Part shown: positions 21,927-35,700 of the stretch, one piece after another | Layout: the number at the start of each line of letters is the position of its first letter | How positions within the stretch are numbered: the first letter of the stretch is position 1 | Assembly (NCBI GenBank): GCA_964304625.1 | Contig: OZ199838.1 | Coordinates: forward strand, 16,413,469 to 16,477,468 | Direction of reading: 5' to 3' | Origin: Kudoa neothunni | Taxonomy: Eukaryota; Animalia; Cnidaria | Length of the DNA: 64,000 bases | The notes under the pieces: generated by a model | Database searches by the model: none | Seen by the model: the letters and a program-made list of their open reading frames with translations, nothing else | What the model was told of the DNA's origin: nothing | Position numbers and translations under genes: made by a program

Positions 21927-23768
21927 GGTGTTTACATGTGGTTGTCTTTTGGTTACAGAAAATATACGCAGCGTTGTTACTCATTATTCATTTGTTGATC
22001 ACCAGCAACATATGAACAATAACATTATAATATTTATATATATAAACCTTAGTTTCATCTGAGAGAATTATTTTTTTTTGCCCAATTTATTAATTTTATA
22101 TTTCACTATATACAATCTAATAGTTTCGTTGGTGATTTTTACGGTCCAACGAATATTGAGCTATTCTTATGAGTAAAATTCTCTATAGCTCTCATTAATT
22201 TTATCCAAAAATTACAGGTGTTCGCGAATTTCCTATTTTTTATCGTGGGTTTCTTGTGTTTTGCTTGCACAAACATTGTTCTCTTTTTTAGTCCGCATAC
22301 ATGAATTATAAAATATGTTAAAATGAGATGAATGCGCAACCTATGAATAGGGATTGTATGAAGTAAAGTTGTGTTTGCGTGTCGTATCTATGTTTTTTTA
22401 TGTGAAATCCTTTGTTGTCTACGATTCCCACAAATACGCCTGCGCGACAAATATTAATAAAACATTTAATAATTTATTCAACTGTCGTTGCATTATCAAA
22501 AGCTCTAAAAGTATTTAGAGAATACTTTTAGGACGTCAGTACGCCGGATACGAAATAAAAATGACGCCTGCACATAACAGAAAAGAGGGTTAATTTACAA
22601 TAACATAGAGAAAATAAAAATCCAAATACATAAATGGAGTAGAGAATTTTGTCCATTTTTACTCCACGATTCTTCACGAAAAACAAGTTTAAGAATCTCT
22701 AATTTATTTGTTAGTAGTTTAGAATTAAAAATGGCCGATTTCATGTTAAATAATATTAAGTGTCAATAGTTGGGGTGATATTTTACTATTTCTATCACGT
22801 GAAAACAAATAACTGAGCCAGGATTTAATATATTATACGCATAATCAAAATTTAATTAAATATAACAAATATATTTTGTGGCAAATCCATTACAGAATGT
22901 ACGCGCTTTTAAATACACTTCTAAAACCCTTCAATGATAAAATTTCCACTGCAAACAAAATATTTTAGAATATTTTAAGATTACTAATTCTCAGTTATAT
23001 TACGACTTTATAGGAGTTGTTGTTGTGTCGAATTTACAACCTCAATCTGGTAAAAAATATAAATTTGCACGTTTCACTTGGGGTCAAATTCATATCTACC
23101 TCAAGGTTTTATACTGGTAAATTCTTATCCTATGGTGTGCACGCATTGTGTAATGATAATTTTTTTATCCCAGAAACTTCCACTCTAAAACTGTCTAAAA
23201 ATTTAATTATTCCTGGCCCTATCAGTTGCGCGTAGAAATAGAAATTATTAAGTATATTCAAAATTAGTGATACTTGAATATTATGAACCATTTAAATAAA
23301 ACTGTCTAAAAATTAAATGGGTCATAAGTGGAAAGGAATGATAATGGCTTTATAAATAATTGTTCAATACTTATTCTTAAAAATATTTTAAGTATTTCTG
23401 CCAAACTTCTCAATGATTTGAAGAGCCATAAATAATATAATTCCCTAGATATCCTTAAGGGCGTCACAAACCGCACTATGCAAAAATTTCCCCATCCAAT
23501 TTCGATGCCACTTAAAATTTAATCCTAATCGAATGCCCCTGTTATAGTGTATTGAATTCGAAAGAAAATCGACCTTAAAACTCCCATCAATAAAATAACA
23601 GCTAGATATTAAAGTAAAACAATGATAATAATATATTCTGATTATTTTTGAAATAAATGAAAGTGATAATAGAAAATATTAAAAAAACAAGTCTAATTCT
23701 AATAAACTAAAATAGTATGTGTAGTAAACAAATGTAATTCATGTTATAAAGAAGAGAACAATAAAAAT

Positions 23769-26757
23769 CTATATAGAAGAATAAGCTATTAGTTTTTTCT
23801 ACGCACAATTCAAAGGCTGAGCATGGATAGGTGAGTTCGAATTCCTTCAGCAGATCAGGATGAATCATTCCAACAGTTCCAATTGGTTGTTCCATCAACA
23901 TTATCTTGGCATTGCGTCCAGGGAACATCGATGGTTGTTCTAAAGCAGAACAATATAAATTTAGTAACCTCGAAAGTATGCCATTTATGCGATACATTCT
24001 TCAGAAATATTCGAAATATCACAATAAATAGGGTGTATGGTGAGAATGTAAGATATTAAAAGGCGACATAAACAAGAAATTACCCTCAGAATGATCCAAA
24101 TAAAAATAACGATCAGACGAACCTTTGCCGAAACTAATGCCCAAAAAGGCCATAATCTTGTCTAGCAAACCTTTGATGATTTCGAATCCACTATTTTTTT
24201 CCACAGTAAAGTGCGCACATTCGTTTTTCGTTTACAGCTCCCACAGCTTAATCACAGAAAACACAATCAACTAATAGACGACCAATCTCTCAATAATACC
24301 TGAAATACCGTCGTTTACTCTACACACTACATCCCCAACCTCAAATATTTTAATAGGAAGAGGCAGTTTTCTGTTGTTTTGTAAGTGTTTTCAGTAAACC
24401 TGGTAGTAAACTGTTACGAACGGCCTACATACAATAATACATTCAGCTGTGAACTGTCAACGCCCACACCAACAAAGTTGAGAAAAATACATTAAGTTCG
24501 TTGTTGGAAGCTATTTGAACCACTTTATCCTGCACTTTAAGGTTGTGCATTTTAGTTGACAATTCATCCATTGAACACACAATAAAAGACAACGCCTCTG
24601 TGAATCCTCCTCGAACTGCCATTTGACGCAGTTTATCCCCAAATCGGTTCGCATATTGTTCACTGCCAATAGTGCAGATTTTAGGATATTTCTTCTCAAT
24701 ATTATTGAAGCCATGTGCAACAGCAGCATCCTCCATAACATCACAAGCATGGAGAATATCTTTCAAAATAACAACGTCATTCAATTAAATAAGAAATACC
24801 TTGTCTCGTGGGTGGAATTGTAACAACAATGTTTGTTTCATCATTACAACAGGCCACCGGAAGCAAAGACATTCTCTCCAAGTAATTCACATAGTCCTCA
24901 CGACTACAACTACGCCAATAAAATTATGTAATATTTATCGAACGGAAACAAACTTACTCGATTCCTATGGATCGATTCAGATAGTCAACAGATAAAATTT
25001 CTTGTTTGGGTTTATAATCCTACATTCATTTGTTACCACAAAATATTTCATAATTTTAATACGATACTAATTTATAGTTCAAAAAAAATTGTTGTTATTG
25101 AATAAAATAATATTTTAATATAAATTAATTGAATAAACAAATATAAGACTTTGAATAGATTATTATACTGCAAACATTATTCTAGGATTGTTCAAAATGA
25201 ATTTAACAAAGCAGTAATTTTATCAATTCAAATTTTGGTAAGCAGATTACGTACTTTCAAAAAGGATTAAAATCGCTCAATGTTAAACAAAAACCTTTAT
25301 AATGGTTTCAGAATTAATGCATTAAAAATATTAATGCCTTTAGAATTAGAGTATTCAAAATACTCACCGGAGTGTAAAAACCCTTCTCACAATCATAAGA
25401 CAAAACTTTACCACATTCAATTCTATAATTTTATGAGATGCATGATAGTCAATATCAATGCTACATACGTGTATTTGTTGGCACAATGTTCACTCAACAT
25501 TGTACATATAGTTAGAAGCACTATTTCGGTCTAAAAACAAAACGTGGGTATTGAAAAATTGTTTGTCTGTTATTTGCATATGTGTGTGTATATGATGTGT
25601 ACCCGACGTTTATCTGTTCCGGTGCATTCAATTAAAATATTTTTAGTGGAATGTTTCACTTGAGTGTGTTGTCCTAGTAATGAATGAATGAATGAATGAA
25701 TGAATCATTAATTAATTAATTAACTAAGCCACAAAAGAAAAATCAGCCTTACCATTAATTATTGGCGGCAATGATAGAATTGTATTGTTTGAATCAACAA
25801 TAATAGGATATTTAGGATAATCTCTAATAATCGGGAGATATTCCTTTAAATGATTTTTCTAAAAGCTAATCCATAAATGAGCAGTCCAATTCTTTCTACT
25901 TCGAATCGATTAAACATTTCAGTCGCATCAAGTTCTTCATCCTAAAGAACCAATTACATTATCTCTAATTAGCGCATTTATGTTACAATAGTTAGTGGCA
26001 TAAATTTGATGTTGCTAGGAGCTGCTGCTGTGTATTTTAATGGCAACCGAACGGTATCCAAGTCATGAACTCCTATAGCAACCAGCTTCCTTTTTCGACA
26101 AATATTATGATGAAGCTTCTCCTGTAGATCAATAAGACTCTTGAAAACATCCTGAAAGTGAAGTCGTATAAATATTTTAAGTTGAGGTGGAGTTAAAGTG
26201 GTACGGGAGTAATTGTCATATCACGTAAAATTGCAGTGCCAACATATGGTCGAATAGAAGCAACTTCGGGTTCAACTTTCATCACAAAATCACTTGAACC
26301 ATTCACAAATTTGTAACATGGATATTTAGATCTATATATATATGTGTGTATGATAGATTACAGTTATAAATATAGAAATTCACTTCTCTAAAAATATTCG
26401 AAGTGCTTGTGCAAGTCCTTCAATACACAATAAATCATATCTAAATTCAGTGGAATTATTTAAAATGTAAACGAGTTAAACCTGTTAGCTCCTATTTCGA
26501 TCTTATACACTACACAACTTGTGGAATCATCACAAGGTTCCTCAACCTTACAGAAATTTAGAATCTGTCTAAATTGATAAAATGATTTTTTTTACAATCT
26601 CATCGATTTCGATTCCAAATTGAAAACAAATTTCGTCAAATTCATCATCGCCTATTTTGGGGTTATTTTAGTCTTTTCTGGGTTATTAAAAATAGCTACT
26701 ATATTTCTGGCCGATTTTCGAAAATAATTCGTCTCGCTTGACTGCTATAGTAGGCAT
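23769..26757 (-). CDS. FARSB: Phenylalanyl-tRNA synthetase beta subunit, multi-exon; 2-3 apparent +1 indels
   Basis: [127 protein letters not shown]...PCSAFE. The stop is at 23769 if the last A-run is over-called, otherwise at 23707. Confidence 0.96.
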
Positions 26758-28809
26758 TTTGGAATAATATTCGACAAATACGGCACGTGTACTCAAGAGT
26801 GTACGCAATCGCGGGTGTTCGGTATACTTCGTATACATCTTTTAAGTGATATCTACTAGATTGGTCAATAAAATTAGATGATCATATAGTTTTCAAATTT
26901 GGTATAATTAAATAGATTAATAGAAGAGTTTGGAATAATTTCCGTGCAAAGTAAAATTAGGATAGGATTAAGATGAATCGTTGCAAGTGGGATTACACCA
27001 ATTAGTTTCTTAATATGTGAAGTTTTTCAAAATTGATATTTTTCAATTATTAAATATGATGTACAACAATTTTATTTAGGAATCTTAGTAAGAATACAAT
27101 TCGATGTTGTAATTAAAAAAAATTGATGATAAATCATGGTTTTAATATTTATATAAAAATAATTAGTATTAAAAATTATTGTTAGGTTTAAGTAAAATTC
27201 GTTGTTCATAATGATTTTTGTTTCATACTCAAAATTAAGTTATTAACTTATTTAATTTCATCGTACATAGGGAAGAGGAAATAGTAATTCTGATCTGGAA
27301 TTTCGAAAGGATAATATAAATAAATATATTTTGGTTTAAAAAATGTTGAATATTTTCAATTTTATGTCTTACTATGATAAATTTAGAGAGTTAATCATAC
27401 CGGGATTTGGAAAATAAATATGATGAATTTTGAGATATATTTGTAATTTTGATATGTGTAGATATACGTGGAATTTTTAAACATCATTCAATTCATCAAT
27501 GGCGATTAATTACATTTTAATGTTTATAAGAGAATGATAAACCATATTTTATATCAAACATCTATTTGTAATCAGAGGAAGCGATGTTGGTGTTAATTTA
27601 TTCTTTAATTGATTTGATATGTAATAGGTTAAAATCATCTGGTCATTTTTAAATATTACATTTTATAAAATAACACATATTAACTGAACTTAGAAATTTT
27701 TGTCATTATAGGGTTCAATACAATGGTTCTTATCCTGACTTTAATAAAACAGAGGTTTAGGTTTAAAGGTTTTGCTTATTGGGCCTTTATTTATTGTAAT
27801 TATGATAACTTATATTTTAAAAATTAGAATATTACAGATAAATGTGATCAATTTAATTTTTTGTAATAAAAATGTTAACAATTAATTGAATAATTCGAAT
27901 TACGGACGTTTTATCTCAAACTAAACTCATAAAGCAATTACATCTCCGTCTGAATAAAAAGTGTTCCTCGTGATTTTCATTGTGAAATAAACATTAGTTA
28001 TTAAAAAGTAGGATAAAAATAGAAAATTTTAATTTAAATTAATTCTGTTTTATAGAGGGAGAATAATAAAAATTGTTTTGGCATTGCGAAATAAATTAGA
28101 TATATTTTTTCAAAATCATAGTTATAGAAATACTGTTAGTTTTAACAATTTTGAGATTACCCTTTCTTCGTACATACATCGCTGGTAATTCTGATGCCGT
28201 AAATTGCTCGATTTTAAAAATATAAAAGAATACAAAAACAGTTCCTAAAACAAATTTATTTTTATGTTAGACGAATATTGATGAAAAATTATTTAGAATT
28301 CTCATTTTGGTGAGAATCTAGCAATACGCATGATGATGCTGATCGTGTCAACCTTCAAACAGGTGAGATTGTAGCAAGCATTTCTAACACAGACAGAAGT
28401 TTCGAATTAAATCAATGACTGTTTTAAATTTATAAACTAATTCTTTGATTATTTGAGACAACACTCTGTCTTGATTAAGTTAAATTAAGGTACCTACAAT
28501 AAATACCTCAAGAAAATCATCGATCTTTACCAAAACTTTATTAGAAGCCGAGTTTTTTAAAGTTATTTCGTGAATTAATATCTGTTAAAATAAAGTCATT
28601 ACATTTAATTAAAAAATTTTTCTATTTTGAATAATTTAAAAAGCACGTTATAAACCCTCCTGGAATAAGAGTAAACTGTTAGCACTTTCCAAGGAATTGT
28701 CGAAAAACTCGAAATTGGCCCAGAACATAAAAGAAAAAAAGTCAATTATCGAAATTACATTATTTGTTATTTTTTAAATATTATAAAATCATTAAAATCT
28801 CATTTAATT

Positions 28810-29340
28810 ATACTGTATACCGGTTTTTGCATCCAAAACCGGATTCGTTGTAATTTAGCCTAGATTTTTCAATGCAACTGATATTAGATCTAAATTAAGC
28901 GACATTCAAGATTTCAAGAAAACTGCATAATTTTGAAAATAAGAGAGCTGTTGCTTTCTATGTTGTCGTTAACTAAGCAAAAGACCAGAAAGAAGTTTCC
29001 GAGGATTTAGGAATTCCGAGATCAATACTAAATGATTTGGCTGAAAAGTATAGTCTAATACTTCACCCAAAAGATTATTAGAGGAGATAAGAGAAACCCT
29101 TCAAATAAGTTGACTAAACATAATCTAAAAGGTTATTCTCAGCATTTGGAGATATTCCATGACCAATGTTTTTCATTCATGGATATCAACCGTAATTAGA
29201 TCAGAATAACATGTATATTTGGTCCTAACACATACAAAATTCTCTTTGTTTATCTAGCGCTGTTAATTGAATAGAAAAAATTGCCATTAACCGCAAGCTA
29301 AGGTATTCCAGTTTTGATTGCAACAAGCCCAGTAGAAATT
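28810..29340 (+). mobile_element. Possible degraded Tc1/IS630-like transposase fragment
   Basis: KDQKEVSEDLGIPRSILNDLAEKY (about 28980-29050) resembles the N-terminal HTH of Tc1/IS630 transposases. No TIR pair confirmed. Confidence 0.3.
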
Positions 29341-29647
29341 ATATGCCATTATAAATTTTTTTTTAAATTTATAAGAAAAATTCTAAAGTCACTAAGGTTG
29401 AAGGAAGTTAATTAAAAAACAAGTAACCTTAGATACTTTCGAAAATGCTAACAATCGTTCACTTTAATTGATAAATCCTTCTTTAAAAAAATTAGTTTAA
29501 AAACTTAAAATATGCGATTTTTTAATAGTATGAATATATATAACATTGTATTTATTGATGTACCAAATCCTATTATTAAATTCATATGAATGGTAATAAT
29601 TGAATCAAGATATGCAGTATAATCCGATTTACTCTCTGCACTAAAAA

Positions 29648-32588
29648 ATGAAATTTCAGTCATGCTCAGTTAGTTTATTAATTTCATTTTTATGTAATTT
29701 ATTTATGTTGATAATTTTCTTAAATTCCTATAGTTATTAATGTAAATCCGACCTCAGAAAATAAACCAGCAGTCCAAACTCCTACAAAAATACTTTCGTA
29801 TAACATTGTAGAAGGCCAAGTTCAATTGGATTTGACTGGGTCAGATTATGAAGGAGCTACGAAAAAATGCCTCATAAGAAGGGAGAAGGATGATGGAAAT
29901 GGATTTGATCAGATAAATAATTGTGTAACTAGCACTGTAACAGACAAATGTGTGCGTACTTGTGCAGGAAATGACAACAAATTAGCGTTTAGTGTGCTTT
30001 CACCAAGAACAAAATTTATCTATGTATATTCCGGAACTGAAGCTTCAGCAATCCAAGAAAAAATTAGAGGTGGAGGGGTTTTTGGACTTGCAATTCGTAA
30101 TCTAAATAAAATTATTTATTTTCATTAATTAAAAATAGCGCTCTTGGTGAATCCATCAATAACAGTGTCCATAGATACTAATACGAAAAAATTAACGCTT
30201 GCAGCCAAGACGTGTAAAAAAGTTGCCTGTCCTATTGTTTATAAAGGTATTCAATACGCGGCCGGTACAGTAGGGGCACATTGCGATTCTAATAACGGCG
30301 ACAACCAAGTTGACTTTGACCTTATGATTCCTCATTATGAAATGATATGCACAAATTACCCAAGCTTCTTTTATCATATGCCAAATCCGTACATGAAAGA
30401 AAATATTGACATATACAAACCCCAATATTACGTTACTCACAAAAGTGTTGACACTAAGACAAATTATGTCCTGAAATTTACCAACTCATTTCCTTCCGAA
30501 ATGTGTTTATTCAGTATTAAGGATGGTTCCGATACTGCTACAGAGTCAACGAACGCTTACGCATCAGTGTGCGGAGGAGGAACTGATAAACAGTGTTATG
30601 CACCTTGTGATAATGTCGAATTAACCCTTAATGCGTACAAACCAATCGTCAAAATATTAATTCAGACCAGACATCATAATTTAGAAGTAAGCAATGGAGA
30701 CATTGAAGGTTTTGACGAAAAAAAATATGGTATGATTTTTATTTAAAAAAGTCAGATATTCATTTATCATAGCTATCGAAGAGCCTGCCACTCCGAATAC
30801 ACTTTTTAGTGTACAAACGGATGTAGGGATTACGCTTAACCCTTCTCCATACAATAAAGATGGCGCAACTATAAAATTCAATACGTGCACTTTGAAGCAT
30901 TTTCCTGCCGATAAACTGAGACCAGGCGCTGGAACTAATACGCAATGCGCCAATAGCACGCCTTGTGGAAATGCCTGTGCAACACCTTCTGTTATACAGC
31001 AGTTGACTGCGGGAAAAGCTTACATAATTGAGATTACTCCAGAAAGCATAAATAATCACGCAAATTTTAAAGAATATCTATTTTTCAGAACAAGTAAGAG
31101 AAATACTCATTGCACCTATTGAATTTTTCTTAGAAGAATCTAGTTCATCAAACTTTGCTGTCACAGTTCCAATACCAACTGACGTGACTGCTGCAATTAA
31201 AGCGGTTGATGGTGACGTTGGATCAGCAACAACTGAACCGACCTGTTCCTATTACGTCAGTATAAAAGATAAAAACACGTTCGTAGAAGCAGAATGTGAA
31301 GACAGCAATCCATGTAGAGGATTTTGTAAAGACACCAAGAAGTTGATAAATCTAAACCCTAAAACAAACTACGATATTAAAGTCGTTTCACACAAAGACT
31401 ATGGAATCAAAATATTTGAAAATATTTCAACTAGTAAAATAATTTAAATTTAAGCTAATATAAATTATATTCTTTAGCTTGGTCAACCATGACCCTTTCC
31501 CAAAGATTCCTAGATAAAGGGTTTAAAGTGGCTGGAACTTTGACATCCGTTTATCCACAAGCAACATGTCACTATAAAATAAGAGAAAAAAACGGAGAGA
31601 CTCTAAAAGATGTTTATTCCTGTCCAGCAGTTGTCCCTCCGTCGCCGTCGGTCAGTCCAGCCACTGAAAATATTGCTGCTCCTCCTACATCTACTCAAAC
31701 GGAGGCAGCGCAAGAATCTAGGCTGGTCAGCGTTTCAAATTTGTCTGGAATAAAGATAGCAAGAGCAGTTAATGCAGAAGAAGAGAATTTGACATCCACT
31801 GAACCCGCCATTACTCAATCTATGTTTCCACCATGTAGCAAACCACCACTCTGCAGCAATATAATAATTAGTGATGGTTATGAGGCTAATAAAGAATACC
31901 AAGTATTGGTGACGGCTGTAGGTCGTTCAGAGGAAGTTACAATCGATATTCCTAAAAGTACTATAACAAAATTAATATAGAAATTTTCTAAATTGTCATA
32001 TAAATATAGATTCACTCCCAGAACTATCTCAAGATACGAACAAACAAATTACCGTTGTTATTGAGAGAGTAGGAGATACGTTAAAAATCACGTCATTGCT
32101 TCCAAAAGAAAAGGATGATAATTCAGTATGTCGATGGATACTGAGAGACATCACTGATGTTTCTCAACGAATAGTGAAAAAATGTGATTCCAGTAGAAGT
32201 AAAGTTTGCAAACTTCCAACTTGCAAATCATTTACTATCAAAGAGGTAAGTGATACCAATGATTATCACTTAACACTTATTCACTCCCGAGATCCCAATG
32301 TTAAAGGAATTGGAATAATAAAACGAGGTGACTAACAATTAATAATAATATCAATTATTATTATTATTATAATTAATAATTTAGGAGAGACCTCTAATCA
32401 ATCCAGGTAAAATTAATATTTTAATATTTAATTTATTATATTTTTAGGGCGAGCACTTCAATGTATTAAATTTTGAGTTGATATGTTGGAATAAGTTTTC
32501 ATTTAGGATTGTTGGAATCATTGTTCCATCCGTTATTGTTATTATAGGAGTAGGATTTTACTTTGGTTATTGGAAGAATAGAGGATAA
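29648..32588 (+). CDS. Variable surface protein, array copy 1: ~845-aa type I membrane protein with Cys-rich FN3-like modules (intact)
   Basis: Ten exons (about 29648-29693, 29734-30096, 30139-30729, 30773-31093, 31134-31433, 31478-31957, 32010-32327, two micro-exons of 22 and 15 nt, 32507-32588) splice to one 2538-nt frame. Signal peptide MKFQSCSVSLLISFLFI; TM and tail IVGIIVPSVIVIIGVGFYFGYW-KNRG*. Confidence 0.9.
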
Positions 32589-33311
32589 CTTCGATTAACT
32601 CAGTTAATCATTTGGAACATTTACATTAATTTTTATTAGTTTATAATTGAATATATTATAAATATTTGTAAATTTATTTACAAAAACTATATATTTTATT
32701 TGAAATATTGTTAGTATAATATTCGAAATTGATTGAAGTCTATCAATAAAATAATAAATGTATATTGACATAAATTAGCTGCGATAATTTTATCATTCCA
32801 TTATAAATGAAATCAATTGTATAACATTTAATAGGATAATTTAAAGCTTAAATTTTTTTCACGCAAATAATTTACAAGTTTATTCCTAAGGATTATTTTA
32901 ACAACACAAATACACTAAATTAAGATTTGTGTGTGATATCTCAGTAAAATTAGCATTAGTCTAGTTTTTATGTACTTTTATAATCCATTATAGATCTTGA
33001 GTATTTTGTTCTAAATTATTGAAAAGATTTCATTCGTAATTTTTGAAGTTTCATTTGTCGGACGAAATTAAGCTTGGTACATAAATGCGTGCAGTCTACT
33101 GATTAAGGGGAGATGATTGGGTTTAATAAGCCACTGATTGATGTTGAAAATTCAAAAATATATCAAAAATTAGAAAATAAAACGATCTTTGAATTCTATA
33201 ATAAATTAAAAAAGAATTGGAATAAGTAAATTTCATAAGTTTAAATCAAGGCCGAACCTAACTACCTTTCCGAATTGAATAACAAATTTTTAAGCATTGT
33301 AATTATTTTAT

Positions 33312-34819
33312 GGAAATGGCTATATCTTAGGTACCTGATAATCCGGTCGCGCTCAGACTATATCCCGGAGAATGAATATCTCTAAAAACCACTGCATATA
33401 TTTTGTTCAGATTTTAAATTTTATCTAATATTTACTTAATTTAATTTTTCGTAAGTATTAAAAAAATTTGCAGAAGAATAAGTTTTCAGTAGTGCAACCA
33501 TCCTAAGTCTATCAATATTAAGGTGTAATTATATTATATTTTTAAATTTTTTCGGTAAAAAAAGCATATTCCCTTTTTGAATTATTTAATATAAATAATT
33601 AATTCTTCGCTTAAAGTAATTTTAGCTTTCACTGTATACTTTCGGGTTAGACTGAAAGAGATGAATTAACATGTTTATATACGGAATATGGTTTATTTCT
33701 TGTGAAAATCTTTATATTGTCATAATAAAACGTGAATAATTAAAATTTCGATTATTACAAACATTACACTTGGTTTCTACGAAATCTTTTATATTTATCG
33801 GTGGGAAAGGCATATGAAATGAGGTTTTTAAACGTGAATCCTATAATAGAAAAGAATAAATAAAATTCTTCAGTTATTATTTGCAGGAAAAAACTCTTGG
33901 AAACAAAAAAATTCTAACAGAAGTTAAAATAAAAACAAATTTTTTGATGGTGATGGTTAATATTACTGAATTTTGTGGGGAACTTTTTTATAAGGCTATA
34001 AGTTCTATTAGCTTACTAGAATAAATATCTACAAATAGTGATGATGTTTATATCGTTCGTGCCCCCCAATAAATTTGATTATTTGTTGACAAATATATAA
34101 TTTACAATATAATATAGTTGAAGATGTGTGAAAGTATAGAAAAAGGAAATCTTTTATGATTTAATTTTTGATAATGAGAAAGAAGTGTCTCCTGTAGACT
34201 TAACATGGATGCCACTTATCAACAAGACAAAACCAGACATAAATAAATGAATTAAAACCCCATAAGGAACTAATAAATAATTGCAATAAAGCTGAAAATA
34301 GAATACAACAACCATTATTAAAAGTCAAAATATTATTATCGTTGTTGGATTTTTAAACCTCAAAATTCCATCGAAAGTAATGCCAATTGTAAGGCTAGAA
34401 AGAATTTATTTGTGAAGAGTTGTGAATATAAAAATATACAACAATAATTCACGACATCAATAAATAAAAAAATTCAATATGACATATTAAGTTTATTTTT
34501 TGTATATGGAAGCTGTTATATTTTATTATTTCTAACTCACATGATCAAGTCATAATATATTCCATATCTTTTAGGAATACAAAATAACACGAGAAAAAAA
34601 GAGAGTGAAAATTTCAATAATTGTTGTCTTATAAATGATAATTATACTTAAATATTGATGGACTCAGAATGGTAGTTGCTCTACTGAAAATTTATTCTTC
34701 TGCAAATTTTTTTTATACTTACGAAAAATTAAGTTAAATAAATATTAGATATGTAGAATGTGAACAAAATATATGCAGTAGTTTTAGAGATGTTCATTCT
34801 CTGAGATATAGCAACTTTC
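33312..34819. mobile_element. Non-autonomous long-TIR DNA element (Merlin-like GG termini) in spacer 1-2
   Basis: About 200-bp inverted repeats (33312-33530 vs 34630-34819) and an imperfect 8-bp TSD TATTTTAT/TTATTTAT. The homologous site in spacer 2-3 (about 40510) is empty. Confidence 0.65.
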
Positions 34820-34831
34820 TTATTTATTCTA

Positions 34832-35700
34832 ACCCTCGAGCAAAATGGGGTACAAATAGGGTCCAAACGATATTAGGATGTATTTTCTTTGATTAATTTT
34901 TAATTCCCAGTTCTAATGTTTTTCTTATTTTTCTATAAATCATAGATCTATAAAAAATGTTATTAATATAACTTCGAAATTTCTTAATCGAATATTAAGA
35001 TAAAAAAATCTTCCAAAGAAAATGGCGTCTTCATTGATTCAAGATGTTTATTGAAAATTTTTGAACAGAAAAACGTAATTATAATATTATTAAGAGAAAA
35101 ATTTGTTGTAAAAATTATTTTATGCCTAAAATGAATAACCCAAAAAATATACACTCAGGTGCGGATATACATATTTTTTGTCAGGTCATGGGTTTTTTTT
35201 GAAAATAAAGGCTGTAGTATTGACATCCATGACTATGATACCCCAAGTCTGTTTTATTTAACAGAAACTATGGATCAGAACAAAAATATTTTGCGTTGGT
35301 CGATACTGATGACTCCCTTATTTATAAAAATGGACGTTCGTAGGGTTAGACGGATCCATCGAAAACGCAGACGCCTGCTGAAAATATGATCAGCTTTAGT
35401 CAGGATGTGATTCATTATAATATGCAGTGGATTATTTTAAAAAAGATTGCCTCTGAGTTTTCTGAAGCGTTAAGAATAAATAAAATAATCGCGAATGCAA
35501 AAATAAATGCATCGAATTGAAAACATCGGGAAAAATTTTCAAATGAAAATTAGTATTGCAGAATGATAACAAAAAATGAGATTTATTATGTGCACTCGTT
35601 CCCAAGATAAAAAACAAACCTAGAAGACGACTTGTGTATGGCTCCTTGCTGCGAAGAACATTCAGTTTTTCTTACAAAAGCTTTGACTTATTATTTTTCG
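34832..35700 (+). mobile_element. piggyBac-like end/remnant carried in the array spacers (also about 40515-40800 and 52254-53100)
   Basis: TAACCC start followed by a GGGGTnCAAATAGnnnCC subterminal palindrome (clearest at 40770: GGGGTCCAAATAGACCCC). Degenerate ORF follows. Confidence 0.4.

Noticed and set aside
35159-35389. Duplicated ORF (also 52546-52812) as a partner gene of the array
   Set aside because: Lies in a piggyBac-like remnant within the duplicated spacer, is absent from spacer 2-3, and its two copies differ at the start.
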